From NCBI GenBank assembly GCA_030295235.1, contig AP026130.1, positions 744,001 to 808,000 on the forward strand: DNA of 64,000 bases, given 5' to 3'. This stretch comes from Fistulifera solaris. Lineage: Eukaryota. Both the position numbers and the translations under genes were made by a program. Within the stretch, counting starts at the first letter, position 1; each line of letters starts with the position of its first letter. Below, piece by piece: positions 1-12,378 of the stretch. The notes under the pieces are model-generated. The model made no database searches. It was not told the DNA's origin and saw only the letters and a list, made by a program, of their open reading frames with translations.

Positions 1-1
1 T

Positions 2-803
2 TGCTGCTCGAATCCGCGTTCGAACTCGGAGTTTTGCAAATCGGTATATGCCAAGCATAAAGGAGATATCGAGTCGATCTGCCAGTACTGCTGTCGCGAA
101 CCACTCACTGTCGGAAGCGCTCGATACCTTCGTTCGAGCGGCGAGGACGAAGCTGAATTTAGCGGAGAGGGATTGGTCGTGCAAGACAGTGACGACATTC
201 AGGAGGGCGATGAGGTTGTTTACATTTCAGGCAACAAATACATATTACGCAAAGACAACTTTGAAATGGATGAAGAGAACGATGCGAAATACTTTCAACA
301 GAGGATTCATGCCGAGTTCAAGGAACGCAGCCTAAATATAGCAGTCCACGAAGAAGACTATAATGATATCCCGTGGTTTGCCTATGAGTGGATGGTTAAG
401 GTGGGCACGGAATACTATTACCGATATGAAGGAACCCAGTTGGTGCCCCCCTTGCTGGGAAGTTGTGCACTGGAGGGTGATGAAAGACCCCATCCGCGTT
501 CACAAGCGACAGATCGACGAATTGAATCGCCTTCTTGCCTGGCGATTGAACCCTGATACTTGCCAATCGGATACCGCAGGAGTCGTTTCGGATGATGGCA
601 ACACTGTTGACTTGAGCCGTGAGGTCATGTATTATCACGACCAGCACCGCAAGGTATTCTGTGAATGTCCCGCTTGGCCTTCTCAATTCCCTGGCGATCA
701 GGAATGGTGCCGAAACTATCGAGATGACACGAACTACGACCGTTTCTATACTCGTCCCTACAGTTTCGATTCTGGCGGCAAGTGGCATCCCAATGATGTT
801 TAA
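2..803 (+). CDS. 3' part of an alpha-carbonic-anhydrase-like protein (5'-truncated; one frameshift in the C-run at ~446-451)
   Basis: Frame 2 is open from base 2. Joining ORF 173..556 to ORF 363..803 gives YYYRYEGTQLVPP|CWEVVHWRVMKDPIRVHKRQIDELNRLL, matching the alpha-CA signature Y.Y.GSLTTPPC.E.V.W.V.K.P...Q...L..L. The Zn-binding histidines are not in the window. Confidence 0.7.
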
Positions 804-1075
804 GGATGCTACTCTCAAGCGAGCTGCGAGTCTTTTGCGCCGCCCTTCTTCATGCTATCACAGCTATATTCGTTCGTTCATTTATTCAAAAGACAAAAAA
901 CCATAATGTAGAAACACACAAAAAATAACTGTAGTCTATTCTGAGAACAAAAATCTAATACAGATGGTCTTGTCAACATTAATCCGTTTTTGATTACTAA
1001 CTAACGTTCAGGAGCCACATAGGGTATAAGTTTAACATCAAAATCTGCTAGGGGCTTGAAAATACGAGCTTTGGA

Positions 1076-1708
1076 TTACTTGCTATCTTCTTGCATGGTT
1101 TTCGCGAGAATGCTTTGCAAATCCGTAGGTTTGATAACACCTCCTTGGAAATTCAAAAGTAGGTCCAGCAATTTTTTCTTCTTGTCAGCAACACCGGAAG
1201 CGATGACCGCTTGTTGGGCGGGCGTGAGCCGAGCCCACGCTTCGGAGTTTTTCGCCAATGCTTTTTCCAGCGTTGAATTGACAATTTCCTCGACATTTTC
1301 TTTCTTCAGATAAAGAATTTCGTCTTCATCGGGGTCTTCCATGGACCCCGCCACACGGTAGGTGAGTTCGTCGCCTGTCTCGGGATTTGCCAATGTATCT
1401 CGTCCCAAGAAAATCACATCTTCTTGTGATCGATCCGGGAATCCGCCTTCGGGGAACGGATCGTAGTCGAGCACCCGTATAGCGACCGAGTCTGTGGTAC
1501 GGCCATCATGCTTCAGCAGAGTCGCCGACCACCAGTGCACCATGACTTCGTCCTTGTCCTCGCTTGAAATTTCCCATTTCACTTGAAACCGATCTCCTGC
1601 CTTGTATTTCATGGTTTCGGCTAAATCTAATACTTCTGTATCACTGCATGCACGTTTCGCGGTGGGTTCATCCACCGTTTTCGGCCGGACGCTTCGCGTC
1701 GACCGCAT
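1076..1708 (-). CDS. Hypothetical protein (210 aa), possible Tudor-like beta domain plus helical C-terminus
   Basis: Clean ATG-to-stop ORF with protein-like composition (GDRFQVKW...HWWSATLL...VLDYDP). The fold is only a guess. Confidence 0.6.
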   Translation of the reverse strand: MRSTRSVRPKTVDEPTAKRACSDTEVLDLAETMKYKAGDRFQVKWEISSEDKDEVMVHWWSATLLKHDGRTTDSVAIRVLDYDPFPEGGFPDRSQEDVIFLGRDTLANPETGDELTYRVAGSMEDPDEDEILYLKKENVEEIVNSTLEKALAKNSEAWARLTPAQQAVIASGVADKKKKLLDLLLNFQGGVIKPTDLQSILAKTMQEDSK

Positions 1709-2072
1709 TTTCTACCGGTGCCAGATTTTCGTCCGTTTGACTGCTCATTTTGTAATGAGTAGATTGATTAACGTAAGTGATGATGAAGAGAAACGATACG
1801 AATGATGCAGTCTCTATTCGAATAGATCACAAAGCAAGGTTTCTTTGCAGAAAAATGTCTTGCGTTGCAAAGAGCAAAGACGCAGAAGCAGAAGGCGGAG
1901 GATGGTTAACTGGCCGGCGCGCAAATGCCGCTCACTGTCGGTCTCCAGGCAAGCTGAGATGACGCCATATAAGTGACTCAAGCCACCCCTTCGTTTTTGT
2001 TTGCGAGCGCATCCGTATAATAATTTTGTTGCTGGCTTTTGGTTGACATTCAGTTATTCATGTTGTCGTCAT

Positions 2073-2609
2073 ATGTCAGGACTGGAAGATCGCTGTGCGC
2101 AGTTTCACGAAGCCGCAATAGGTTCGGGAAAATCGAAAGGAGCCGCCAAGGAGATTGCCACGTTGCGCAAATTTTTGTATCGCAATCAAACACAACGGTT
2201 CAGTGACAAGGCCTCGGCGAGGCTCCTCGATGCCATTGCCATTTTTGCGCAACACGAAGATGGTGAAGGATTGTTAGATGATGCTTTGAAAATGCCGTTT
2301 ACTGTCTTTTCGACGAAGCAGAAATCAAAAATGCTAAAATGGATGGAAGAACGAAAGAGACACAACAACGGCGGTGATAAATCAACAGCGGTCCCGACAA
2401 AGCTCATTCTGTTCTCTGTGATTGATGTGCAAGGCAATAAAGCGAGTCTCATGAACGAAGAGACTGGTGAAAGCTATGAGGATGTACTTCTTCCAGATGG
2501 TGAGCTCGGGGAAGCTATCCAGAAAGCGTTTGCTGCCAGCGACGAGGCTCTGGATGTGCTCGCCACTCTCGTCGGTGAAAGAGTTACAATCCACAACATC
2601 AAGCGATGA
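2073..2609 (+). CDS. Protein with a C-terminal eIF5A-like OB-fold and an unrelated helical N-terminus
   Basis: C-terminus FSVIDVQGNKASLMNEETGESYEDVLLPDGELGEAIQKAF...VLATLVGE aligns by eye with the eIF5A C-domain (YQLIDI.DG.LSLM...G..KDD.KLPEGELG..I...F...V..AMGEE). The KTGKHGHAK hypusine motif is absent. Confidence 0.65.
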   Translation: MSGLEDRCAQFHEAAIGSGKSKGAAKEIATLRKFLYRNQTQRFSDKASARLLDAIAIFAQHEDGEGLLDDALKMPFTVFSTKQKSKMLKWMEERKRHNNGGDKSTAVPTKLILFSVIDVQGNKASLMNEETGESYEDVLLPDGELGEAIQKAFAASDEALDVLATLVGERVTIHNIKR

Positions 2610-2777
2610 TACTATTCCTCTCTAATAAGGTCAAATTATGAACGTACTGGCGCTACAACGGTCACATTGATATTACAACGAGTCCAGCCGAAAAGAGGAT
2701 AACTTGTCTTTTCGAGGAGTAATGACGGACCACACACCTTCAGCACAAAGGGTTATTTGTGATATTTGCTTTACGGA

Positions 2778-4072
2778 TCAAAATTGCTCAGCATCCGAAA
2801 GCTGAATGATCTCTTTGATAAGCCGACTTTGCTCGTCGCGGACTGCTCTTAGTCGCGCAGCCATGTCCATGGGTTTCACTCTGATTTTTATTTGCTTGTT
2901 CTCGCGAATCACAGTGAGCACTAGTGGCTGCGAAGGGACCAACAAATGATAAGAGTACACACACAATCAAACAGAACTTTGCTCAACATAATCATACCTT
3001 TCCAACAGCTGCCCGGTCAATAAAGAGTCGTGCATCCTCCGACGACTCGACGTCCTTTCCGCCAATGTTAGTAATGACATCGCGCACTCGAAGATTTCCT
3101 CTCTCCGCCGGTGTGAAAGGATTCACAGCTTTCACCAGTACTCCGTTAATTTCGGGAAGACGAATGTCTGTGTCTGATAGTCTGACATTCATTTGCCTCG
3201 CCCAAGCCGGCGAACATGTCACACAGCTATGCCCAAATAAGCGTGCTGTATCTCATGGCCTTGAGCAAGCTCGTTGATGATATCTCGGACTCGATTAATT
3301 TGGACTGAGAAAGTGATTCCCGTCTTTCTGGATCCCCAATTGATGCCAACGGCTTCATCTGTTTCCACGTTGATCAAAGGCCCCCCAGAGCAGCCGGGAT
3401 GCGTTGCTAAATCCGTCTGAATGGAGTCTACTATTGGAGAGGCAGCTCCGAACGGTTCCACTGCCCCGTAGGGGGAGTTCGTGGATCATTGGAGACCTCA
3501 GCAAACCTGATACGATTCCCATAGTGACTGTATTATGCAATCCGCTAGGATTTCCTATCGCGACGACAATTTGACCATTTCAATTCATCGCTGTCGACTA
3601 ACTTGGCACTCGGAAACTTGTCGTTCGCATCTGCCGGAACTATCTGTAGCACGGCAACGTCGATAATTGGATCAACTCCCTTAACAGCGGCTGCATATTC
3701 TCTCCCATCTGTCATGATCACGTCAATCTCGCGAGCATTTTTAATAACGTGCGCGTTTGTCAAGATCAAACCGTCTTGTGAGAATATAAAACCCGAACCC
3801 GTGCCTTCTTCATCCTCGCTAGATGTTTCATTTCCGTTTAAAGGATATTTCACCGTTTCAAGACGTACAACTGCAGGTCCAACCTTTTGGACCGTCTCTG
3901 CAATCAAATTCAAGCGCAATTGCTGCCACTGACTTGCTGTTGGAGTTACTTTCTCCGACTTGCTGGCATTTTTTGCTTCTCCGTGAAGGAATGGAATTAA
4001 CCATCCTTTCGATACTTTGATTGCATCGAAGGTGAAGAAAGTGAGGAGGACAATCACCAATTTTCTGGGCAT
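2778..4072 (-). CDS. Deg/HtrA (HhoA/B-like) serine protease with PDZ, tandem copy 1 (most diverged; several frameshifts, possibly a pseudogene)
   Basis: Signal peptide, [28 protein letters not shown] (TPAERGNLRVRDVI) and an intron after AAVGK. Split over five ORFs. Confidence 0.8.
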
Positions 4073-4551
4073 TTTTATATTTTTGATTCAGCCAGTTGAA
4101 AGCGGACGAAATATGTGGCGTACTTCAAATTGGATTTGCAATGAAGAATCGAATATTGCGCTCGTCGATGTGCACCTGTTCCTAAAACTACTTTTCGAAA
4201 GCTATACCCTCAAATCATTGCGAACTGCCGTGTCGGCCAATTCCGGGACTCAAAGAATTATCACAACTCACAACATCTACAGCGGTCTACCAGAACATTT
4301 ATCCCAGTTCTTGTACTCGTGCGCAAATTCATGTACCGAAATCAAACGCTAAAGGCGTCGCACCGCGATATTCGTGAGGGACTGCTCTAGATGATGCTAC
4401 AAACATAGATGGACGAAACAAGAAAACAACAACTTCAAGAGTGCAAGAAGACTTTCATGAACTGGTGAAATCTAGAAGTGTATTTTGAACATTCGTTCCA
4501 GTCACAAAGCATAACAGGCTATGATTTGTCGACGCATATGGTTTCGAAAAG

Positions 4552-5881
4552 TCAGAATTGTGCGACGTCGTTAAGAGTTCGAACGGCTTTAGCCATTTGC
4601 TCTTCTATCTCGCGAGCTTTTTTTAGTTGTTCGGCCAAGTCCATCGGTTGGACGCTGATTTCGACTATATGATTTTCACGTGCTACGGTGAGCACTAGCG
4701 TCTAAGAAAAGAGAAGCATCATTGATGAGTGTACTCTATGAGCCGGAGCCTGTGTCCAAGCGCAGCCTCACCTTTCCAACAGCTGCACGGTCAATCAAAT
4801 GGCGCACAGCGTCATAAGACTCTACGTCCTTCCCTGCAACTTTCACGATGACATCCCCCGGCCGGAGACCTGCAGTTTCAGCCGGTGTTGAAGGATGAAC
4901 AAAATATATAACGATTCCATGAATTTCGGGGATGAAATAGTCTAAGGTTGATACAGCATTGAGTTCTCTCGCAACATCCGGGGTACATGGCGCCGCAGAA
5001 ATTCCCAAGTATCCGTGTTTTACATTACGGCCACGACCAAGCTTGTTAATGATATGTCGGACGCGATTGATCGGAATCGAGAAAGTGGTTGCCTCCATGT
5101 TATCCGCGGCTCCGGTGTTGATACCTATGACATCACCTGTTTCAACGTCGACCAACGGGCCTCCAGAATTGCCAGGATTTAATGCTACACTCGTCTGAAT
5201 GTAGTCTACCTTTCTGTAAGAGCCTTTGTTCGCCACCATCAACCTCCTCGCCACCCCTGAGACAATTCCCAAGGTGACTGTGTTGTCCAATCCGCGGGGA
5301 GTTCCTATTGCGACGACAATTTGGCCAACATTCAAAACGTCGCTATCGATCAAATCTGCAACTGGAAATCCGTCACTTTCATCTGTTGGAACGATTTCCA
5401 ATACGGCGATATCAACGACTGAATCAATCCCTTTTACAACGGCTTTGTATTCTCTCCCATCTATCAAGATCACGTTGATCTCAGCAGCATCTTCTACAAC
5501 ATGTGCGTTTGTCAAAATCAGTCCCTCTTTTGAGAATATAAATCCCGATCCAATGTCGTCTCCACTACCACTGTTAGACTCTTCGTTTTCCTTGGAAGGG
5601 TTCGTTATCATGTTGATTGTCGCACGGCGAGACGCTTCGCTTTCCCTTGAAGAGTTTGTTACCGTATCAATACGTACAACAGCAGGTCCAACCTTGCAAA
5701 CCGTTTCTGTAACACAATCCAAGCGCATTCGTTGCCAGTATGAGGCTAGTGGTGTCTTTGTCTCATTATCGGTCGCGTGTTTTGGCTCTACGATTGAAGA
5801 GGGAGATTGCCATACATCCGGTGCTTTGAGGGCATTCGAGCCGAAAAAAGTGAAGAGCAGAATCAGGAATAGTTTGGGCAT
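4552..5881 (-). CDS. Deg/HtrA serine protease with PDZ, tandem copy 2 (intact)
   Basis: TNAHVV / VDIAVL / PGNSGGPL triad motifs and a PDZ domain. Intron ~4702-4771; the last exon ends ...NDVAQF*. Confidence 0.9.
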
Positions 5882-6783
5882 GATATGATGAAATCATGCA
5901 GGAAACGCGTGCAAGAAGATTGTGTTTTAATGATGATTCTATCCGGTGGTTTGCAGTCCTCGATTTTTGAGAACCTTGAACTTGCGAGCTACTAAAAGGT
6001 GACCAACGACGCACAAAAGCCTGGTTCTCAAGCGGAACTTTGGCCTCTTAAAAATACTAAAATAGAACAACGTCTGTTCACTACAAAACCCAAGACCAAG
6101 ACTCCATCCTCACAGAAGTGTTTTATTGCAGTTATCTCTGATTGGATCACCGGGTTGAACTCGGTTCAATTCGGTTCAAAAATTGGCCCGAGTCCAATCT
6201 GGTCCAATCACTAAATTTTTGGGATAACTGACGGGACTCTCTAATTGAGTCGGAGAAGTACAAGGCGCGCGCACGTCAAAAGTAAAGCTTTTTCACGGAG
6301 TAACATCTTTTCATTCAATCGGAAGGATACCAGGAACTGTGCCAGGTATCGGCAACATCGGCAAGCTATCGTCTTTCTCCCTTTTTGGATGGCGGAAAGA
6401 TGAGAATGAAAAGCAATGAAGGGACAGCAGAGATGACAGCGTTCGTTTTCTGCGATAGATGTGCAAGCCGAATTAACCCGAGTTTCACAAAGTGAAGGGA
6501 TTAATGCAAAGTACTGGATGATTATGCTCTAGAAGGCGCACTCGGAGAGTCCAGAAAGCGTCTGCCTGGTATTGCAATCGACTTGCTCGTCACTATAAAT
6601 CGCAGAAATATCGACATACACTACACCGAAAGACGAGTTTACTACTTTCGCATCATTCGCTTCGACACAAACACTTGAAGTTAAGTGCGCCAAACGACCA
6701 ACGACCAACGTCCCATCTAGTTTTAAGCAAAGTAAATCTCAGAAATATCAGCACACGGGGTGTTCGAAGAGTCGCTGCATAAA

Positions 6784-8072
6784 TCAAAACTGTCCGACAT
6801 CTTGAAGATTCAAAATTTCTTCAATCTTTCTATCCTGTTGCTCACGAGCTTCTTTTTAGTCGCGTGGCCAAATCCATGGGTTCGACGATGATTTCAACTT
6901 GATGATTCTCACGAACAACGGTGAGAACTAGCGGCTGCAAAGTCAGGGCACCATTGAAGACTAAGGATGAGTACACACGAGTAAAAGCACGAAACATTTT
7001 ACACGCTAAATCATACCTCTCCAACAGCTGCACGGTCGATGAAACGGCGTAAATCGTCAGGGACTTGTACGCCTTCCCCTCCAACTTCAATGATAACGTC
7101 ACCCAGACGAAGCTCGCCTTTTTCGGCAGGTGTGAATGGGTGAACAGTTTGTACAAAAACTCCGTGAATTTCGGGAGCGCGGTACGATGACGAGTCTATT
7201 AGTTTGGCATTGATTTGCCTTGCCCATGCCGGTGTACACTTCATCACAGATAATCCCAGATAACCGTGTTGTACCTCACGGCCTTGGCTTAGGGAGTCTA
7301 TGATATGTCGGATGCGATTAATCGGAATCGAAAAAGTGGTTCCTGCCATGCTATCTACGGAACCGGCATTAATTCCAACGACATCACCTGTTTCCACATC
7401 GATCAGCGGTCCTCCGGAGCTACCAGAATTCATCGCTACATCCGTCTGAATGTAGTCTACCTTTATATGGGGGCCGCTAATCGTAGTCGAAGATCTGCCC
7501 AAGCCCGACACAATCCCCATCGTCACTGTGTTATCGAATTCGGCAGGATTTCCTATCGCGACGACAATTTGACCAACGTTTAAGACATCGCTGTCCACCA
7601 GCTTTGCAACTGGAAATTCGTTACTTTCATTGGCTGAAACGATCTTTAGCACGGCTATGTCAACAATTGGGTCGATTCCTTTTACAATGGCTTCGTATTC
7701 TCTCCCATCAGGCAAGCTCACCGTTATTTTGTCGGCTTCTTCCATACCATGAGCTTTTGTCAAGATTAACCCGTCTTCTGAGAAAATGAAACCCGAACCA
7801 AAGTTTTGGCGTACCTCATCGCTAGGACCTTCGATTCCTTTGGAAGGCTTTGTTTCCGCAATAATTCGAACAACGGCTGGTCCAACCTTACGAACCGTCT
7901 CTGTAACGAAATCCAAGCGCAGCTCTCGCGAGGCTGGTGATGTTTCGTTCTTCAATTCGGTTGCATGTTTTGACCCAGCAACTGTGGATAAAGATTGCCG
8001 CCCCTCCGGTGCTTTCAATGCATTTGAGGTGAAGAAAGTGAGCATAAGAATGATCAATGAAAGTCTCGTCAT
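6784..8072 (-). CDS. Deg/HtrA serine protease with PDZ, tandem copy 3
   Basis: LTKAHG / VDIAVL / SGSSGGPL, PDZ domain and the shared intron after AAVGE. One homopolymer frameshift near 6855. Confidence 0.88.
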
Positions 8073-8319
8073 CCTGTGATTGGAAATGATCCAGCCAGCA
8101 GGAAAGTAGTTGAACAGTGCAGTTTGGAATATGCTTTTCCTGCGAATATTGCGATTGTCGATTTTTGAGAACTCGAAATCAAAAGATCATGTTACGTCAG
8201 CAGTCGTGACAAACCCATCAATCCTAGCTATAATCGTTTCACTATTTTGCAGTAAAGTAAACCTTACCAGGTAAATAATTATGCATTATATCATCTATTT
8301 TTAAAAAGTCGCCGCGAAA

Positions 8320-9612
8320 TCAGAATTGCATGTCGTCTTTAAGGCGTTCAATTGCTTCTAACATTCTGTTTTCCTCATCGCGAGCTTCTCTTAGTCGCGT
8401 GACCAAGTCCATGGGCTGGACGCTAATTTCGATTTCCTGGCTGTCACGATATACAAACAGAGTAAGCGTCTGCGAAAAGATCAGCAAGAAAGATGAGCAT
8501 GAACACTTTTTAGAAATAATGGTTACTCGATTCGTGTCGTCATGCATCATCTTACCTCTCCAACAGCTGCACGGTCTGTGAACCGGCGTACATCGCCCGG
8601 AGACTCTACGGCCTTTCCACCGACTTTCAAAATAACATCGCCGCCACGAAGACCTGCTTCTGCGGCCGGTGTTGAGGGATGAACAAACCACACAAGAGCT
8701 CCGTGACTTTCGGGGAGGGTATAGGCTCCGGCTGCCTTGACATTCATTTGGGCTGCCCAAGGCGGTGTACATTTCACCACAGACACTCCCAAATAAGCGT
8801 GCTGCACCTCACGGCCTTGGCTTAGGGCGTCTATTATATCTCGGATTCGATTGATCTGAATCGAGAAAGTTGTTCCCGGCATGGTACTCAAAGTATTGGC
8901 GTTTATTCCAATGACATCACCCGTTTCCACATCGACGAGAGGTCCCCCAGAGTTTCCAGTATACAGCGCTACATCCGTCTGAATGTAATCTGCCGTTCTG
9001 TAGGCCTTCCTAACGAAGCTCTTTATATCCGCCCACGACCTTCCCGCGTTTGCTATGATCCCCTTCGTCACTGAATTGTCCAGTCCGTTGGGACTTCCTA
9101 TGGCGATGACACTTTGACCAATAGTCAAGCCGTCACTATCGCTCAATTTCGCAACTGGAAACTCGTCGCTTTTATCAGATGAAACGATCTGAAGCACAGC
9201 CACGTCAACGAATGAATCTTTTCCTTTGACAACGGCTTTGTATTCTCTCCCATCCATTAAGTTTACTTTGATTTCACGAGCGTATTCAATAACATGCGCG
9301 TTCGTCAAGACTAGACCGTCCTTTGAAAAATGAAGCCCGAACCCACGCCTGGTTGACCCTCTTTGCTAAAGGCATCATGATTCGCCGGAAGATTCAATTC
9401 TATTTCAATACGTACAACAGCAGGCCCGACCTTGCGAGCCGCCTCTGCCACAGAGTTTAAAGTCATTTGGTGCCCTGTTGCGACTAGAGGCGTCTCTTTT
9501 TTAGAAGCGGTGGCATTTTTCGGCGTTAAAATGTAATCAGCCACCCCTCCGATATCTTCATTGCACTCGAGTTGAGAAGAACGAGGAGAAGAATCAACAG
9601 AGGCTTGGCCAT
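8320..9612 (-). CDS. Deg/HtrA serine protease with PDZ, tandem copy 4
   Basis: ATG at 9612 (MAKPLLILLLVLL), TNAHVI / VDVAVL / TGNSGGPL, PDZ domain and the shared intron. Frameshifts near 9545 and 9327. Confidence 0.85.
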
Positions 9613-10116
9613 CTTCAAAATAAGAAGCGATCTTTCAGAACAACGAGAATGAAAGCATACGAGCAGCGTTTATATGAAGAAATATAAATTATAAATCTCA
9701 ACGTTTTTGTCTATTACACTTTCGATCCGAAGCAATCATTTTGGTGCGCTCATCATTGTCGCTTTAAACCTTATGCGGTTTGCTGCATAACTTTGCGACA
9801 CGACTGAAATCCAGTCGGATTCATTCTTCCCCGGAGTAAATAATCTAAATTTTAGAGTTTCGGTATCAGAAAGCCATTATTTTGTAGTTCAATAGTTCGC
9901 GGAGATAGCGACTGATCATCGACTCATCACAATTAAAACCGTTTTGTCGCATGGCTTTAAATCCAGTGTTGGTGCTTGTCATGAAGTTGCTTTGCGAAGA
10001 GTACGACTGAACGTTAGCTCAAACTTCTTTTAAAAATTATCCACGCAATCCTGTACAAAACGGTCGAGTCTTTAACGTGGGTTTCCCAGATAAAGGCCAA
10101 AGTCGCGGTCTCAGGA

Positions 10117-12073
10117 TTATTGAAAAAGTCGCTCCATGGAACGAAATGGCCCCAGCTCTTGGAAGCGCAAACGTTCTTGGAGCAAGCGCTGGTGTCGGTC
10201 TGCACGAGATTCTCGTAGGCGTGTTGCCAAGTCAACGGGTTGGACACTGATCTCAATTTGTTGTTTTTCGCGAATGACCGTGATCACTAGCGTCTGCAAA
10301 CAAGTATATTCTTGAGGAAGGAAGAGAAAGGTAGTGAAAGGTATATGCTCCAGTCGACTTACCTCGCCAACAGCTGCACGATCGATGAAACGGCGTGCAT
10401 CGTCCGAGGACAGAACGTCCTTTTCTCCAACTTTGATGATAACATCACTCGCACGAAGACCTCCTTTCTCCGCCGGTGTTCGAGGAAAAACTTTATGTAC
10501 AAGAGCACCATGCACTTCAGGAATGCGGAACTGTTCTGCCACTAACTTGGCATTGTTTTGCCGCGCCCAATCCGGTGTACATGTAGCCAAAGATATCCCT
10601 AAATAGCCATGTTGTATTTCACGACCTTGAGCCAGCTCGTACATGATTTCTCGGACACGATTGATGGGGATTGAGAAACTGGTTCCTTCCATGTGAGCTC
10701 GGATTGCGGCATTGATGCCAATAACATCGCCTGTTTCTACGTCGACTAGTGGGCCACCGGAATTGCCTGGATTGATTGCTGCATCGGTCTGAATATAATC
10801 TACTTTTTTGTGAGGGGATCCCGACAACCGCCGAGGAACGCTCTAGGCCGGATACGATCCCCATTGTTACCGTGTTGTCCAGACCTCCCGGACTTCCCAC
10901 CGCAACGACAATCTGACCAACATTCAAGAGGTCGCTGTTACCCAACTTCGCTATCGGAAGTTCTTCGCTCTCGTCTGCCGAAACTATCTTTAGCACGGCT
11001 ATATCAACAATGGGATCGCTTCCTTTCACCACCGCTTCGTACACTCTCCCGTTTGTCAAGGTCACCGTGACTTTGTGCGCATCATCAACGACATGAGCAT
11101 TGGTCAAGATAAAGCCATCTTTGGAGAAAATGAGACCTGATCCTTGACCTTGTTGAACTGGACCGTTGAATGCGTCATCTTCTTGCAAGAGATTAGTTTC
11201 CGTATCGATACGTACAACAGCAGGTCCAACCTTTCGAACTGCTTGAGTTACAAAATTCAAGGGTAGCCGTTGTCCTTGAGTAGCTGGCAAATTATTGATT
11301 TGGGAATCCCGCTCCGCGTCTGACTCTGCTTTTAATTGATGAGAAGATGATCCAGGTTGTCTGTCGTCATTCCTTGAGGGTAGCGTACCTCTCTGCACAG
11401 GCGGCCTAATCAATTCTTTGCGGCTCTGTAGATCGTCCAACACAAACACATAAAGTGCGGCTGCGAGTGTACAGAGCTGAACAATACGAAAAAACGAGGG
11501 CATTCGACGATTTCGCTTCTTCGGTGCTCTTTTGCTGTCATCAGGAATCGGTAAAATGGTTTCCGTCTCGCTTGCTGCGATCTTCGTTTCCTCTTCCTTA
11601 TTTTCAATCTTTACCGGGGGACTCAGCGCGGGGAAAGTCTCTATTGTATTCACAGCTGGTACATCATCTTTCTTTTCTCTCTTGAAAAAAATCCTTTGAA
11701 ATAGGCCTCGTGGTTTCTTTCTATTCGTTTCGCTTTTTGCATCGTATTCATCCGTTCGATTTGGTAATGTTTGTAGTCGAAGTTGTTCGTCATTAAGGTC
11801 CACGCCTAGGGTTGCATTGAGTATTATTGCGTTTACGACAGAAGACGAGCTATTGAAATCAGTAAGAGTGTGATTGACGATATCGCTAAAATCACCACCA
11901 TCTGGCTCATCACGGTCCTTGGAGAGTTTCATAATCAATTTTGGGTTGAGCCGTCGTGAATGAATAAATTGTGAAGGCGATCTTTTGACGATGGGTGCAC
12001 TCCATAACTCTATAACTGTAAGTCCCTCCACACTACAGTAGATAAAGAGGATAGCAAACAAAGTCTTGGGCAT
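10117..12073 (-). CDS. Deg/HtrA serine protease with PDZ, long membrane-anchored form (probable parental copy 5)
   Basis: Signal peptide [10 protein letters not shown], long N-terminal extension, TM segment ([16 protein letters not shown]), TNAHVV / VDIAVL / [16 protein letters not shown] and PDZ. Intron 10294-10362; frameshift at ~10820. Confidence 0.9.
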
Positions 12074-12215
12074 GTTTTGATTAGTAATGGAGTCAGTATT
12101 TAATGTCATCACCAGCACCGATCGATCGAATAATCCTACGAAAAAGAGAGCGGACGACAAGAGCAGAGCAAGCGAGCTCGAAGCTCGAAAAAGATATCGT
12201 CTGTCATTGGGCCGC

Positions 12216-12378
12216 CCCAGATTTTCTGTATGAATGATATACAACTGGTCCAGAATTTCTGGACCGCACCAGATTTTGGTCCAAAATTTCTGGAACGCCC
12301 CAGATTTTCTGTATGAATGAAATACAACTGGTCCAGAATTTCTGGACAGCACCAAAATGTCTATATGAATGAAATACA
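12216..12378. repeat. Tandem repeat (~83-bp period, ~2 copies) built from CCAGA(T/A)TTTCTG subunits
   Basis: cccagattttctgtatgaatga(t/a)atacaactggtccagaatttctggac occurs at 12216 and 12299. It contains the inverted repeat TCCAGAA-T-TTCTGGA. Confidence 0.9.
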
